Assembly: GCA_900088475.1 (NCBI GenBank)
Contig: FLMG01002723.1
Span: forward strand, 1 to 64,000
Source of the DNA: Hyphochytrium catenoides
Lineage: Eukaryota > Protista > Hyphochytriomycota
Reading direction: 5' to 3'
Length of the DNA stretch: 64,000 nt
Under the pieces are notes generated by a model, which saw only the letters and a list, made by a program, of their open reading frames with translations, was not told the origin of the DNA and ran no database searches. The position numbers and the translations under genes were made by a program. Position 1 is the stretch's first letter; each line of letters opens with the position of its first letter. Below, in pieces: positions 37,667 to 48,371 of this stretch.

Positions 37667-40600
37667 ATGTGGTCCAGATCCTCAACCCACGGTATCAATG
37701 CGCACATGCGGGATGATGAAAGTGATGACGAGGCCTATGAAGATGCCAAGCTTTGTGCTTTGTTATACGATGGCATAGAGCCTGAAGATGACGCTGGATC
37801 ACTTGATAGTAACGGATGGCAAAGGGTGGAAAACATTGTGACCAGTATTGAGGTTGATGCCTGTGACAAATACCTCCTTGATGAGACTCTTGCTGAGACG
37901 GAAGCTGTGGTGAGTAGACTTGAAAGTCAGATGTTTCAACAGACTCCCGCTCCTCGAGAGCTAACGACGGTGGCTGAAGATGAGTTTGTTAGGTTTTGGC
38001 TAGACCCTGACTTCTTGGGGTGCATGCTCAGCTTTCTCAATCAGCACCTCCAGCAAGAAGCTTCTCGGGCTGAGCTTTTATCATTCATTAAGATCGAACT
38101 CTGGCTGATGGTCTACAATATCAGTGCTTCAGCCTTTTTTGACCCGGAAGCCTCCATGGGCTATCCAAGGGCTGCATTTGTGATGGCAGAGAAGCGCTAT
38201 TTCGAACTCCTGAAGGCTCTGGGTGGAGGGATGCTGGCTAACAGGGACGTTGCGGAGCCACAGTGGACAGAGCCCATAGAAGATGACAGGCACGTGGCAG
38301 AGGCGATGGACATAATCCGTAGGAAATGTGCCAGGATTGGCTACGTGAAGGGAATCTCAATTCTGGCGATAAATGATGATCTCATGCGGACTCGGAAACT
38401 CGAACGACTAAAACAAGGCCAGTGCATACAGTTTGGCATGCATGTTAATGGGTAATGACGCTGTACAAATGGAGAAAGGGTTCAATTGACAGAAAGGGAG
38501 AGAGAGAGAGAGGAGAGAGTTACGAAGAAGGAGAGAGACACAGAGGGACTGACGGAGAGAGAGAGACACAAAGAGACTGGCATAAAACCATAGGGAGTGG
38601 CTGTTGACAGGAAGGACAGGAAGCCCTGGCGACGACGGGGTGTAAGGATGTACTGGCTGCTGACTAATGGCTCTCCTATCACTCAACAGTTTGGGCGCTG
38701 TCCACCATGGGGCCGTGGTCTCCCTACGAACAGGGTTATATCTGGGAGGATTTGTTGATTCTGGGGTTGAGTCAACCTTGGATTGTGTGGAAGTCCTCCG
38801 AAGGTCTCTTGACAGCGCCAGTGCCAATGAAATCGTGGAGTTGCCTAACCTATTAGCTTGGGATCGGTGCTACGGCAACAACGCAGCGGGGATCACTCTC
38901 AAAGCTATAAAGAACGGCTTTGATCTGTTAGGGACGACCCAGCGTATCAACTCCTTCCCATTTACCTTCGGTCAAGGAGCGAGAGATTCCCAAGTTGAGG
39001 TGGAAGTGGCTGGAGGCCAAGCAGCGTACTGGTGCCGACGGGAGTTGGAAGGCCCGCAAGGGACACACAAATGGCAGTATGCTATGGCCTATCGGACAGG
39101 CGGGGGTAAGGTTGCGCTTGCGCAAACGACTCTTGAGCATCTCGCTGGTCCCGGGAAGTGGACCTACGTGCCTGCGTTTCAGGAGGATAGCGACGATCTA
39201 CCTTCTGAACCACTGTTCCGACTGTTTGAACTGAAAAAGGTCCAGCCTCTCACGGCGGCCCAGAGAACTCCCGACTGGTCCCTATTGCAAAAGTTCAGGG
39301 TAACGGAGTTGATTGCAGGTTCTATATGGCAAGCTCTAGCCAGTGTCGATCTCTTGAAGACCCAGGAAGAGCAAGATCATCAACTTAGGGAGGGACGGAG
39401 AGCGTGCGCTTCAGGAAGCCGAGAGCCCAACCGGTCATCTGCTGCTGGTAAACTCGAAGCATCCTATAAAAGGGTTCTGCAGATGCTACGGATAGGTATC
39501 CCGTCGACCAATACCCTAGATGCGAATGCTGAGCAAGATGCACCGTCCGTCACTTTAGAGGGGCTCCAGCAGTTGAAAGTTGATAACGGACTGGACGAGG
39601 TATGTGGGGTAAACACTATAGGGATCACCGGTAACAAAGAAGCTTTGACAGGAAGGATAATGAGGGCACCGAAGAGAGTTAGAGGTCGGAATGGTGAAAT
39701 TGAGGTTAACCTGGGACATACTTTCCTTAAGAAGTGGTTCCGAGAACCATTCAAGGGTTCCTACGTCTGCTCAAGAGAAGCAGAAGTGCGGTCTTTTAAT
39801 GAGGCCGAAGCCCTTAAGGACTTACCACGCTTCATTCGTCTCCACTGCCCGCGTCTGGATAGGGCTTCTGGATCTGGAACACATGTGATAGGTTGTGGAC
39901 TTCTGGTTAAAGCCATAAAGGAGTATGGGCTCCTCTCTACCCGCAATTGCCCGGAAGCGGCTTTCTCTCCCACTGCAATGATGATCATGGAGTCTTCTGA
40001 AGCCGGCAACTTTTTAGCTGGGGTTACGATACATTATACGAAGGGCATGAGAGACAGCAAAGAGGCGGAGGAACGTCGGTTGGAAAAGGAATATGGGAGG
40101 TATGTGAGAGCCTCTTTGTCTTTTGATCCGGAGCACCTGCAGCAACTAGTTCCCAATGTGGAGTATCGATCGCAGCTTCTGCATAGTATGGCCTGTGCTG
40201 GGGTGACGGACTGGTTCTATGTGGGTCTTTCACTCAACAATATCATCCGTGTGGTTCACGTGACCATCGGTGAAGAAGACATAGAACTTTACTCAGGTGC
40301 TGTTGCCTCCCTAAAAGAAAAGTACTTCCAGTGGGTGTATGATCCTGCTGCCCAGATTCCTGACTCGCTTTTGGCCGACGGGCGAAGTTTGGGAACTGGT
40401 GTAGATCGTTACACGGCCACAGAGACTCTTCATATGTGGCGAGTTCTCAATGAAATGGTCCTGGCGCGCGGACGCCCTTTTCCACCAGCTCTGCACCTGG
40501 TCCCGACCCTAATAGCGACACGGAGCCAAGTGGAGGCCGGCATTGAGCGGTTCAGACGCCACCGTGCTAACGATAGCATATTGCAAAGGAAGCTACACCC

Positions 40601-41540
40601 AATGGCACAGATATGGTTGAGAATGCTGAGGGCCCTCATTTATAACGCGCATCAGTCCCACATCCTCTTTCAGGTATTCCAGACACTCTCTGACCTCTAC
40701 TCTTCTTGTTTTCTCCAATTATAACACGTCCTACGTCCCATTGTTCCCCTTGCTATGTCTACCCTCGGACCGTGGCCAGACAATCGAGATGCTGAAGGAC
40801 TCCAGTCGATGTAAGAGCTTTAGGGAGTTCCAAGAAGCTAGAAGTCGTCCTCCGGGCAGTTTTATGCATTTCCTTGGGAAAGTGGTGCATTCTAGCGAGT
40901 TTGACGACTTCAGCATCACGCACAACCCGGGATCTCCGGACAGGAGCCAATTACGGCCAGCAAGGGTTAACGAAGCTCCTGCTTCCACTCAACTAGCTAA
41001 GGAGGTCCATGATTTGATGGCTAACTGCAAGTACAAGAAGGCCCAAGCGTTCAGCAAAGGCCCCTCTTATTTAAGGCTGACCGGGAGTCATCAACAGGTC
41101 AGAGTTCAAAGTTTCTAGTGCGTCGTTGTAAACCGAAACACTTACTTCAAATCTACTTCTGTTGCCTGACTTTGTTGGTGAATTAGGCATTACTTTCACC
41201 GGATATGGCGGCCAGGATACAGGCGAGATGTATCCTTTGCTGTGGTCGCCACCACGTAATCCGCAGCAGAGACCTTGATCCTTTTGAGACAGCACATAGC
41301 AGGCAAGGCTACAAGACCATGTTTGGTTGCGTCGAGTGTAAGGTCGCCCTCTGTGCGAGAAAGGAGAGGTGGAATGGAAAGAGTTGCTTTGACATCTTCC
41401 ACTCTGAGGAATCTTTGCCGAATCCCTGCTTGCGTCCAGAAGGGAATAGCGGGCTGATACAGAGTGACAGTACAACACACCATCCCCGCTCTTCCGGCCC
41501 TCCTTCTGGGAATCGAAAGAGAAAAGCGGGAACTAGGTAG
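37667..41540 (+). CDS. piggyBac-like (DDE_Tnp_1_7) transposase-derived protein with inserted YqaJ/lambda-exonuclease-like domain, SAP-like motif and C-terminal Cys-rich domain; 4 exons, about 1134 aa
   Basis: Exons 37667-38451, 38690-40673, 40780-41097 and 41223-41540 join in phase through GT-AG introns. piggyBac-like blocks: ELLSFIKIELWL, RYFELLKAL, ILAINDDLM (D1 region), LAWDRCYG (D2), LLGTTQR, IATRSQVEAGIERF (YN..KGGVD equivalent), LIYNAHQ and RCILC..KTMFGCVECKVALC..SCFDIFH. YqaJ-like blocks: QRTPDWSLLQKFRVT, EYGLL..P.AAFSPTA, YRSQLLHSMA..WFYV. Confidence 0.75.
38495..38575. repeat. GA-rich low-complexity tract in intron 1 of the transposase-derived gene
   Basis: Directly visible. Confidence 0.8.
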
Positions 41541-42449
41541 GGAGAAAGAAAACGGCGAAGAAGAGGATAATAGAAGACGAGAAGCAATTTCTGGCGAATT
41601 TTATGGATGCAGATAGCTAAAGGAGTCAAGGGTTAGATTCGTTGGAGGTTGTTGCCTGCAGACAGCACCGCCTAAGCCCCTACGATGAATATTTATGTCA
41701 GTACCAGGCTGGTCAAAGAGGGCTTCTCTGGCTGATAACGGCAGAGTGGTACTGTCTTCTGGCGTAGTGGACTTTAGACGATAAGTACAGGGTTATCTAT
41801 GAGTAGCTTGACGCTAAATCAGTCAAAGCTCAATGCTATATCCACATACTACCCTTTCCTGATCTTCCTAGCAATAGAGGTATTCTTACAGAGACGAGAA
41901 GTGAAGCACTCAGTCAAACCAGTCCTGCAGTAAACAGGAACCTGACGATATTGTGTCTCCGACAATAGCTGACGCTGGACCATCCCCAGCAGTCACGACA
42001 AGCTTGCAAGAGTGTATGCCCTTTTCTGTGAGAGGAATCAGTACCCCAGCTAATTTTAGGACTTATGACTCAGCAGCGAGCCCGTGTACCTTTCGCAATT
42101 GTGGGAATAAATGCAAAGATAAGAGGCTGGACGAACACTTTCTCATAACTCTTGAATAGTAATCGTGTCTTTTTGCTTTCTCCCCGCCGCGCATACCAAT
42201 TCCTGGAAAGGAAGTTGTCAGTAAAAAGCCCTTCCTTCTGGTCCTGCTTGACCTCCTCGACCTGCTGTTCACAGTCGGTACATGGTGCTCAAGCGCCGTC
42301 ACTGGAGGTATCAGTGGATTCTATTTTAGAAGCCCTCCCAGAGATCATGTGCTCAGCATGAGGGAACTCGGACGACTGCACTGATACAGATACAATTAGC
42401 AATAACATAAGTAGGGACCCACAAGGAGGTAATGCCTCCTCTATCATAT

Positions 42450-43606
42450 CTATATAACATTTCTCTTCATGATGAAGTGATTGGTCCGCTCATAATAAGG
42501 AAGTTCCCTGTCTCGGCGCTCCTGGTCCTCGGTATCAAGACGCTTTATCTACAGTGACAGCAGTCAAGGCCTATCAGCTGACAATCGTCGTTCCCATGAC
42601 AGTATGGATAGAACCTACCAGATTTCGGGACAGGATGATGAGCAGCGTTGATAGGAAGACCAGACCTGTGGCACCAATAATAGCAAAGAAGCCATAGCCA
42701 TACTTCCAGACCGTACAAGAAGTCCCAGAGGCGGCACAGGACTTTTCAATGAGCTCCTTTAATGTGAGAAATGTTGTCCGGCTACCCGCGTTGTTGATGA
42801 GTTCTGAGATGGGAACCTCACCCAGGTTCGTGTGCATGAGGTACCATGTAACTATAGCCCCTGCACCAGCAATGGCTATGGAATTGAACATCAGCATTAG
42901 AGGCGGAAATCAAGGAGAGAAAGCCTTGAAGTCTCATGACGGGATAAAGTGAGAATTCAGGCAATGGTTACGCCGAACATGTAAAAAGAGATAAAGTGGA
43001 CGGAGTACGTACTTGCCACGCCGCCTAGGAAGTAGATGCATGAAAGCCGCACAGTGACGCTGCTTATATCATTGATAATGACAAAGATGATGGCAGTCAT
43101 TACAGCAGTACAACATACGCCTATTATGGCGCCAATGAGAGGGGCTAAGCGGACATTGCAAGCCGTGGTGATCGCATCACTCTCTCCTTCTTCGGAGACT
43201 TCGGCAAAGGAGTCTCTAGCAGAAGTGATTGGAAAGTTATCACTGTAGAATTGACAGTGAGTTAGTCTGGGGCCCCATTGGCTTTACATATAGTAAGACG
43301 CTTACCAAAACGCGTTCCACTTCTCGGACTTCTTCTGGTCTCCAAAGAACCTGAAAGGAAGTCCAACCTGAGGGACCACGCACTGTTCAACTCCCATAAT
43401 ATTACTCGTGTTCCAAAGGCCCCAGACATCCAAATGTAGCTTATACCCCGTGGGGCAGCTGTCTATAGGGGGCATGTCCATCCCCACAGTCCAGACTGGA
43501 GAGATCGTGGCTGCAAGGAAGGCACCAAATGCCAGAAGCGAGAACGTGAAGGCTACGGAAGGGTTACTATCCATACAGCAGCAAGCGAATGGCACAATAG
43601 CATCTA
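42450..43606 (-). CDS. Claudin/PMP22-like four-TM protein (5' exon(s) unresolved)
   Basis: TM1 VAFTFSLLAFGAFLAATISPVW, then WGLW...C (claudin W-GLW-C signature). TM2 LIGAIIGVCCTAVMTAIIFVII, TM3 LSCIYFLGGVA|TIAGAGAIVTWYL, TM4 YGYGFFAIIGATGLVFLSTLLIIL. The final exon RNL|IKRLDTEDQERRD..RNVI has its stop at 42450-42452. Confidence 0.65.
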
Positions 43607-45594
43607 CCTAATAGCAGGCTTGGGGTGGTGAAGACCTTTTTAACGGGTGTACAAGCTGAATTCACCATCTTCCTGGGCGCCGGAGCAACGAAGAAACTTC
43701 CAGTGTACGCTCTACGAGGAGCGTTTTGGGTTGGTTCACTTGCTAAGGATAGCTCTGCCAGTTATAGAGCAAGCCCTTTACAGAAGAATGCCAGCTTCAA
43801 GCCACCGTCGGCCTCAGTAAGACTTGCATCGATAAGGGGCAGCAATATCTACTTTCTTCTCGGACAACTAACTCTGTACAAGAAACTCGCGCAGCACTAC
43901 ATGCAGGTGTACTGGGCGCGACTGTTTGACACACTCCCGCACACACCACAGGTAATCAGCTGAGGCTCCCTGCGCCAGACAGTAACAGTGCTGCCCTCCA
44001 GAGACAATAGCACATAACGAGGAGTGCTTGTGCTTGTGAATCTGACGAGCGTGCGCATTAAAAAGCTCTGTTGTTCTGTTTGCAGACCGCGCGCCCCGAG
44101 GCTTCATCAGAAAGAGACAGAGTTTTTATGGGAAGGTGCTGCCAATGACAGGGTAAGGGTAACGTCGCCCACCCGCAGTAGGCGGTGCCCCCAACCCAAC
44201 TTTCATCATAACCCAGATGGCACTACTTTCATGACCCTTATGACCCATTACCCGTATTATTTACTGGCATTATCGTTTAGATGATCGAGGTTGGATTATG
44301 GTTCTTAATTATGGGTACAGCTCAGTTTAGTATCCATAACAGGGGAGGTGAGGGACGACGTTGTGGTTACAGCAGTTCATTTTGGACTGAAGACCTTCCC
44401 CGGCAATTTTCCAACCTGTCAGTAAAAAAGGGCCAGTTTGTGATAACAAGGCTTCCTTCCTGCACACCCATCCTCTGTCTAACCCACAAACCCAGGGTAA
44501 TAATAAGCCCCGAAGGCTCACCCCACCCAACACTAGTAAGCTTACCCATAAGCCTCAAAGCCTATTTTGACTTACCGAGGTTCAGATCTACACTTCAAAA
44601 CTATTGTGGGAGCGCTTGGAGGGCAATAAAGTTGGGGTTTTGCTATATTAAAAAGAATAGACCCCGTTTTACTATCTTACTATGTTTGATCCCCTCAGCC
44701 TACATTCCTTAACGGCCAGTGCAAGTGGCTAAACATCCTCTAGGTAATAAATAGCGTTCGGCAGACTCAGGTGTGTTATGATCATGATGATGGCGTTCCA
44801 CATTTTATTGCGTTCTGGGTCTCATCATCCACCATCATCCCCTGGTACAAGTATCAACATACAGGGGCCATTAGTCAATATAATACCATTCCAGACATTA
44901 GCAGCAGAGGTTTGCTGCACATGGCGGTACACTGCTTGTGCTGTTGTCATCCAGAGGTGGTACTACTGCAGCTATTATTGCAGTATGAGAGGCTGCTTCT
45001 TTTTCGATCGATCATCCCTACTAATATTATCTTTTCTATAAAATTATGAGCACCTGAATGAGCAACAACAGGAGGGAAAGCACCAAAGTCATCTTCTTCA
45101 GAAGTATCAGACGTGATGAAAGCTCAAGATAAAGCTTTAATACAGAATTAGCAGATGAAACTTCTAGGACGACGCGGCAATAATGTGAAAAAGCAAGAAT
45201 ATTTCTCACCGTTCTTCGTCGTGGTAACAACAATGCCGACCGCCGATACCCTCTTCTTCTTGTTTAAAACATTAAAATAATCCGGTGGAATACTACTAGA
45301 GCCGGACCCCAAGAAGGACGCATGTTGTTGTAGAAGAAAGAGCAGCGGGGAGATATAAAAGAAGAGCATTTTGATGACACTGCTGCTGTCGTTTCCTTGG
45401 AAATGATTCTCTTCCAAATGTTGCTGTGCTATCTCCTTCTGGTGATGAGTTTTCCTTGTAGTCAAATGGGATGCGTGCACGTACGTAGTAGTTGGGTTTG
45501 GGAGCTGGAGGGTATAATTATGTCACGAGTCGAGTCTCTCCCTGCTGGAAGATTCGAAGAAGAAAAAAGCAGCAGAAGAAATACTACTACGATC

Positions 45595-45665
45595 AAGGAG
45601 GAAGAAATAAGAAGAACAGGAAGAAGAAAGAAGAAGAAGAGGAAGAAGAAGAGAACAAGAGCTAC
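45595..45665. repeat. (GAA)n-rich low-complexity tract
   Basis: Directly visible. Confidence 0.8.
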
Positions 45666-46150
45666 AAAGCCTTGTTGAGCTCTTCCTCAGCTCTACCACC
45701 ACCACCATCATCATCAACTTCTCTCCTTGTTGGTGGTTGCTTGTCATTACTGCTTTGTTAGAAGTGGTGCTGCAGTTACTGTATTTGTATAGCTCCAGGG
45801 GTAGGGAAGCATCTAGGATATCAGGCCTGATATACGGAATGCATAGATGCTGGGCTAGCCGTATTCAGTATGTGGCCCGGTGAGGGATGGAGGAGAGAGG
45901 TGTTTATGTGAAGCCATTCTTTGACCGTCCTTGTCCGTAGCAATCTGTGTCATTGCGCTTCAGCTGCTGTAGGTGATGCTGACCTCTTGAAGCTCTCAGG
46001 ACAAGTCTTCTGAACGTTGAGCCTCACAGCAGCAGAGCTAGTAAGCCTAGCTTCCTAGCCTGAGCGCCACGAAAGAGTTTCCAGGGCTGGGGCAGATCAA
46101 TGCGCCTGGTGAGGTAACTCCCAGATTGACTCCTCGTGCTGTGCAGAAAC

Positions 46151-47296
46151 ATGAATCGAGCATATGGTGTGCTGCTCTCAAGATCGCTTGGGACTAGAAG
46201 AAGTGTTGGCACGATCATTGGTCTTAGACAGGTGGCTAGCCCTGCAATATTGCACAGAGACCACGCTAGCCGCTCTTACGCTTCTTGCTCCTCTTCAGAC
46301 GTCGGTCAGTGTTTCATTTAGATCGAGTCGATGTATCTCGGATACCACTAACGGACACACTGGGGATTGGCTTTGGAATGGATTTACTAATTCAGGAAAA
46401 GAGGTAGGTAAAGAACTCTTGTGTATGTACAAGGTCGTCCGCTCATTAAATAGTGGACAGGCCACATCGTTGTTTGGCAAGGACCCGGGCCCACTAGGCG
46501 GGTTTGAAGACGGCGGGGCATCCAATAAACATGAGATGGATCATGAAGTCAAAAAAGCACCCAGCCTAAAGGACGAACTCTCTGAGGAGGTCTACGATGA
46601 TATTAGGGAGATAGCTCTCAAGGAATTATCGCGGGGCCTTCGTAAGGGGAGAACACCTGAAGAAGAAGCGATGCTGGAGAGGACGGTATGTATATGAAGT
46701 ACTGCAGGAAAATTGCATGGTGTAAGGTCCTCAAATTCCTCGCTCTGCCAGCAACTTCGGACCCGCATTAAAGAAGAGGCCCGTGCACGCCTGGAGCGAG
46801 CTAGCGCTCTTAACGACCCTATAGTCGCAAAGATGGTCAACAGAATGATGAAAGCGGGGAAGAAATCAGTTAGTGAACGCATAATCCTGGAATCATTTAG
46901 AATTATCAAGGAGAAAATGCAGAACGAGCCGCGTACAGTTTTTCGGCAATGTGTAGAGAACATCTCTCCTTATGTGGAACTAAAGTCGACAAGGCGAGGA
47001 GGGGTCAACTTGCAGGTAAGAAAGTTTGTGGAAGAGTTTAAGGCCTTTGAGCTCTCGTCAAATCTTTAACTTCATGCCTTTAGGTTCCAGTCGCAATAGC
47101 GCCACAACGGCGGAGTTATTACGCGTTGACTTGGCTCGTCGCGGCGGCACGCAGGCGTTCCGGACGGGGAATGGCAGAAAAATTGGCAGCGGAGATCATG
47201 GATGGCTATCAGAAACAGGGTGGGGCGTTCAAACGACGAGAAGAGCTGCACGAGCTAGCAGCCATCAATGTGGCAAACATGGGGATGTTGAAATAG
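46151..47296 (+). CDS. rps7: Nuclear-encoded organellar (probably mitochondrial) ribosomal protein S7, 4 exons
   Basis: Arg/Ser-rich presequence MNRAYGVLLSRSLGTRRS..HASRSYAS. Bacterial-type uS7 core DPIVAKMVNRMMKAGKKSVSERII..CVENISPYVELKSTRRGGVNLQ|VPVAIAPQRR..ALTWL..RSGRGMAEKLAAEIMD..GGAFKRREELHELA. Stop 47294-47296. Confidence 0.9.
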
Positions 47297-47552
47297 CTCT
47301 CTACCATGATTCATCGCCACGGCTCGAGCCATAGTGAATGTGCTCAATAATGTGGAGCAGTCCACATCTATTAAATATAAAATGCTGCGGCAGCAGACAT
47401 GGACGACAAGTTGTGGTTATTGTGCTATTCTAGGTTCAGTGAAGAAGGAGCTTATGCTTTCGTTTGTGACTCTATTGTATATACAATGGCCTGACACTAA
47501 GTGGCAGATTTAGTATACTGATATATATATGTCTATCCCAGATTTCGGCGGC

Positions 47553-48371
47553 CTAGAAGCACTGAGAAGTGGCAACTAAACTCATGGCGATCTCTGCCAG
47601 ATCAGCGTCATCAATAGTCTCAAACAGTAAGAGACTATCGTCAGTATTAACGTCTGGATCGATGAGATTTGGTTGTTCACACTGAGAGAGCTCCACTACT
47701 CTGAATGGGCTTTTTTCTAGCTCTCCTTGAGCCCTAGGGAGAGAAAGTAAGCCTGAAGTGAGGCCACTAGTACTGCTTACATCTTGCTGGTTTTGGATAC
47801 TTGAGAGACAGGGGGCCAGGAAATCGTCGTCACATCCTGTCAGGAGATAATCCCACAGGGCAGCGGTTGATGGTGTCCGGACTAACTCTGACTTGACAGT
47901 TACGGGACTGGAGCAGATCAGTGAATCTTTGAACTGCCTTTTAGGCGCTACTGTCTGTTCTGGAGATAATACTGCAGCGAGAGGTCTCTTCCTTGAGCCT
48001 TTGTTTCTCTTCGGATACTCCCGCCCGCTGCACTTGACGCACAAGCTGCCCGCAACTTGTGGGCAATTCTTATGGCACTTCCGGCACTTGGGCTTCTTAT
48101 CAGGGGAAAGATGTCTTTGGCAAAGACCCTCTCTTCCTCTTGCGACCCTGCCGCAGTCTGGCACTGAGCACAGGGTGCGGCCATTCTTGACCAGTCTTTG
48201 CATTCTTTGTTGTGGTTGTTCGGCTCCAAAATCCTGCATAACGCTAGTGGGGCTTGCCAATGGTGATGTGCACCCGCTTTCCAATTTTATAGGGCAGTAG
48301 TGTACCGTAGGGATCTGAATGTTAGCTTCAAAGAGATAATTTGTAACTGGGAGGAGGCATGATTGCGCCAT
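47553..48371 (-). CDS. WRKY19-like Cys/His zinc-finger protein, putative transcription regulator (intronless)
   Basis: CSVPDCGRVARGREGLCQRH and CRKCHKNCPQVAGSLCVKC, followed by the basic NLS-like PKRNKGSRKRP and an acidic tail. The first ATG of the long ORF is at 48371. Confidence 0.6.
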   Translation of the reverse strand: MAQSCLLPVTNYLFEANIQIPTVHYCPIKLESGCTSPLASPTSVMQDFGAEQPQQRMQRLVKNGRTLCSVPDCGRVARGREGLCQRHLSPDKKPKCRKCHKNCPQVAGSLCVKCSGREYPKRNKGSRKRPLAAVLSPEQTVAPKRQFKDSLICSSPVTVKSELVRTPSTAALWDYLLTGCDDDFLAPCLSSIQNQQDVSSTSGLTSGLLSLPRAQGELEKSPFRVVELSQCEQPNLIDPDVNTDDSLLLFETIDDADLAEIAMSLVATSQCF

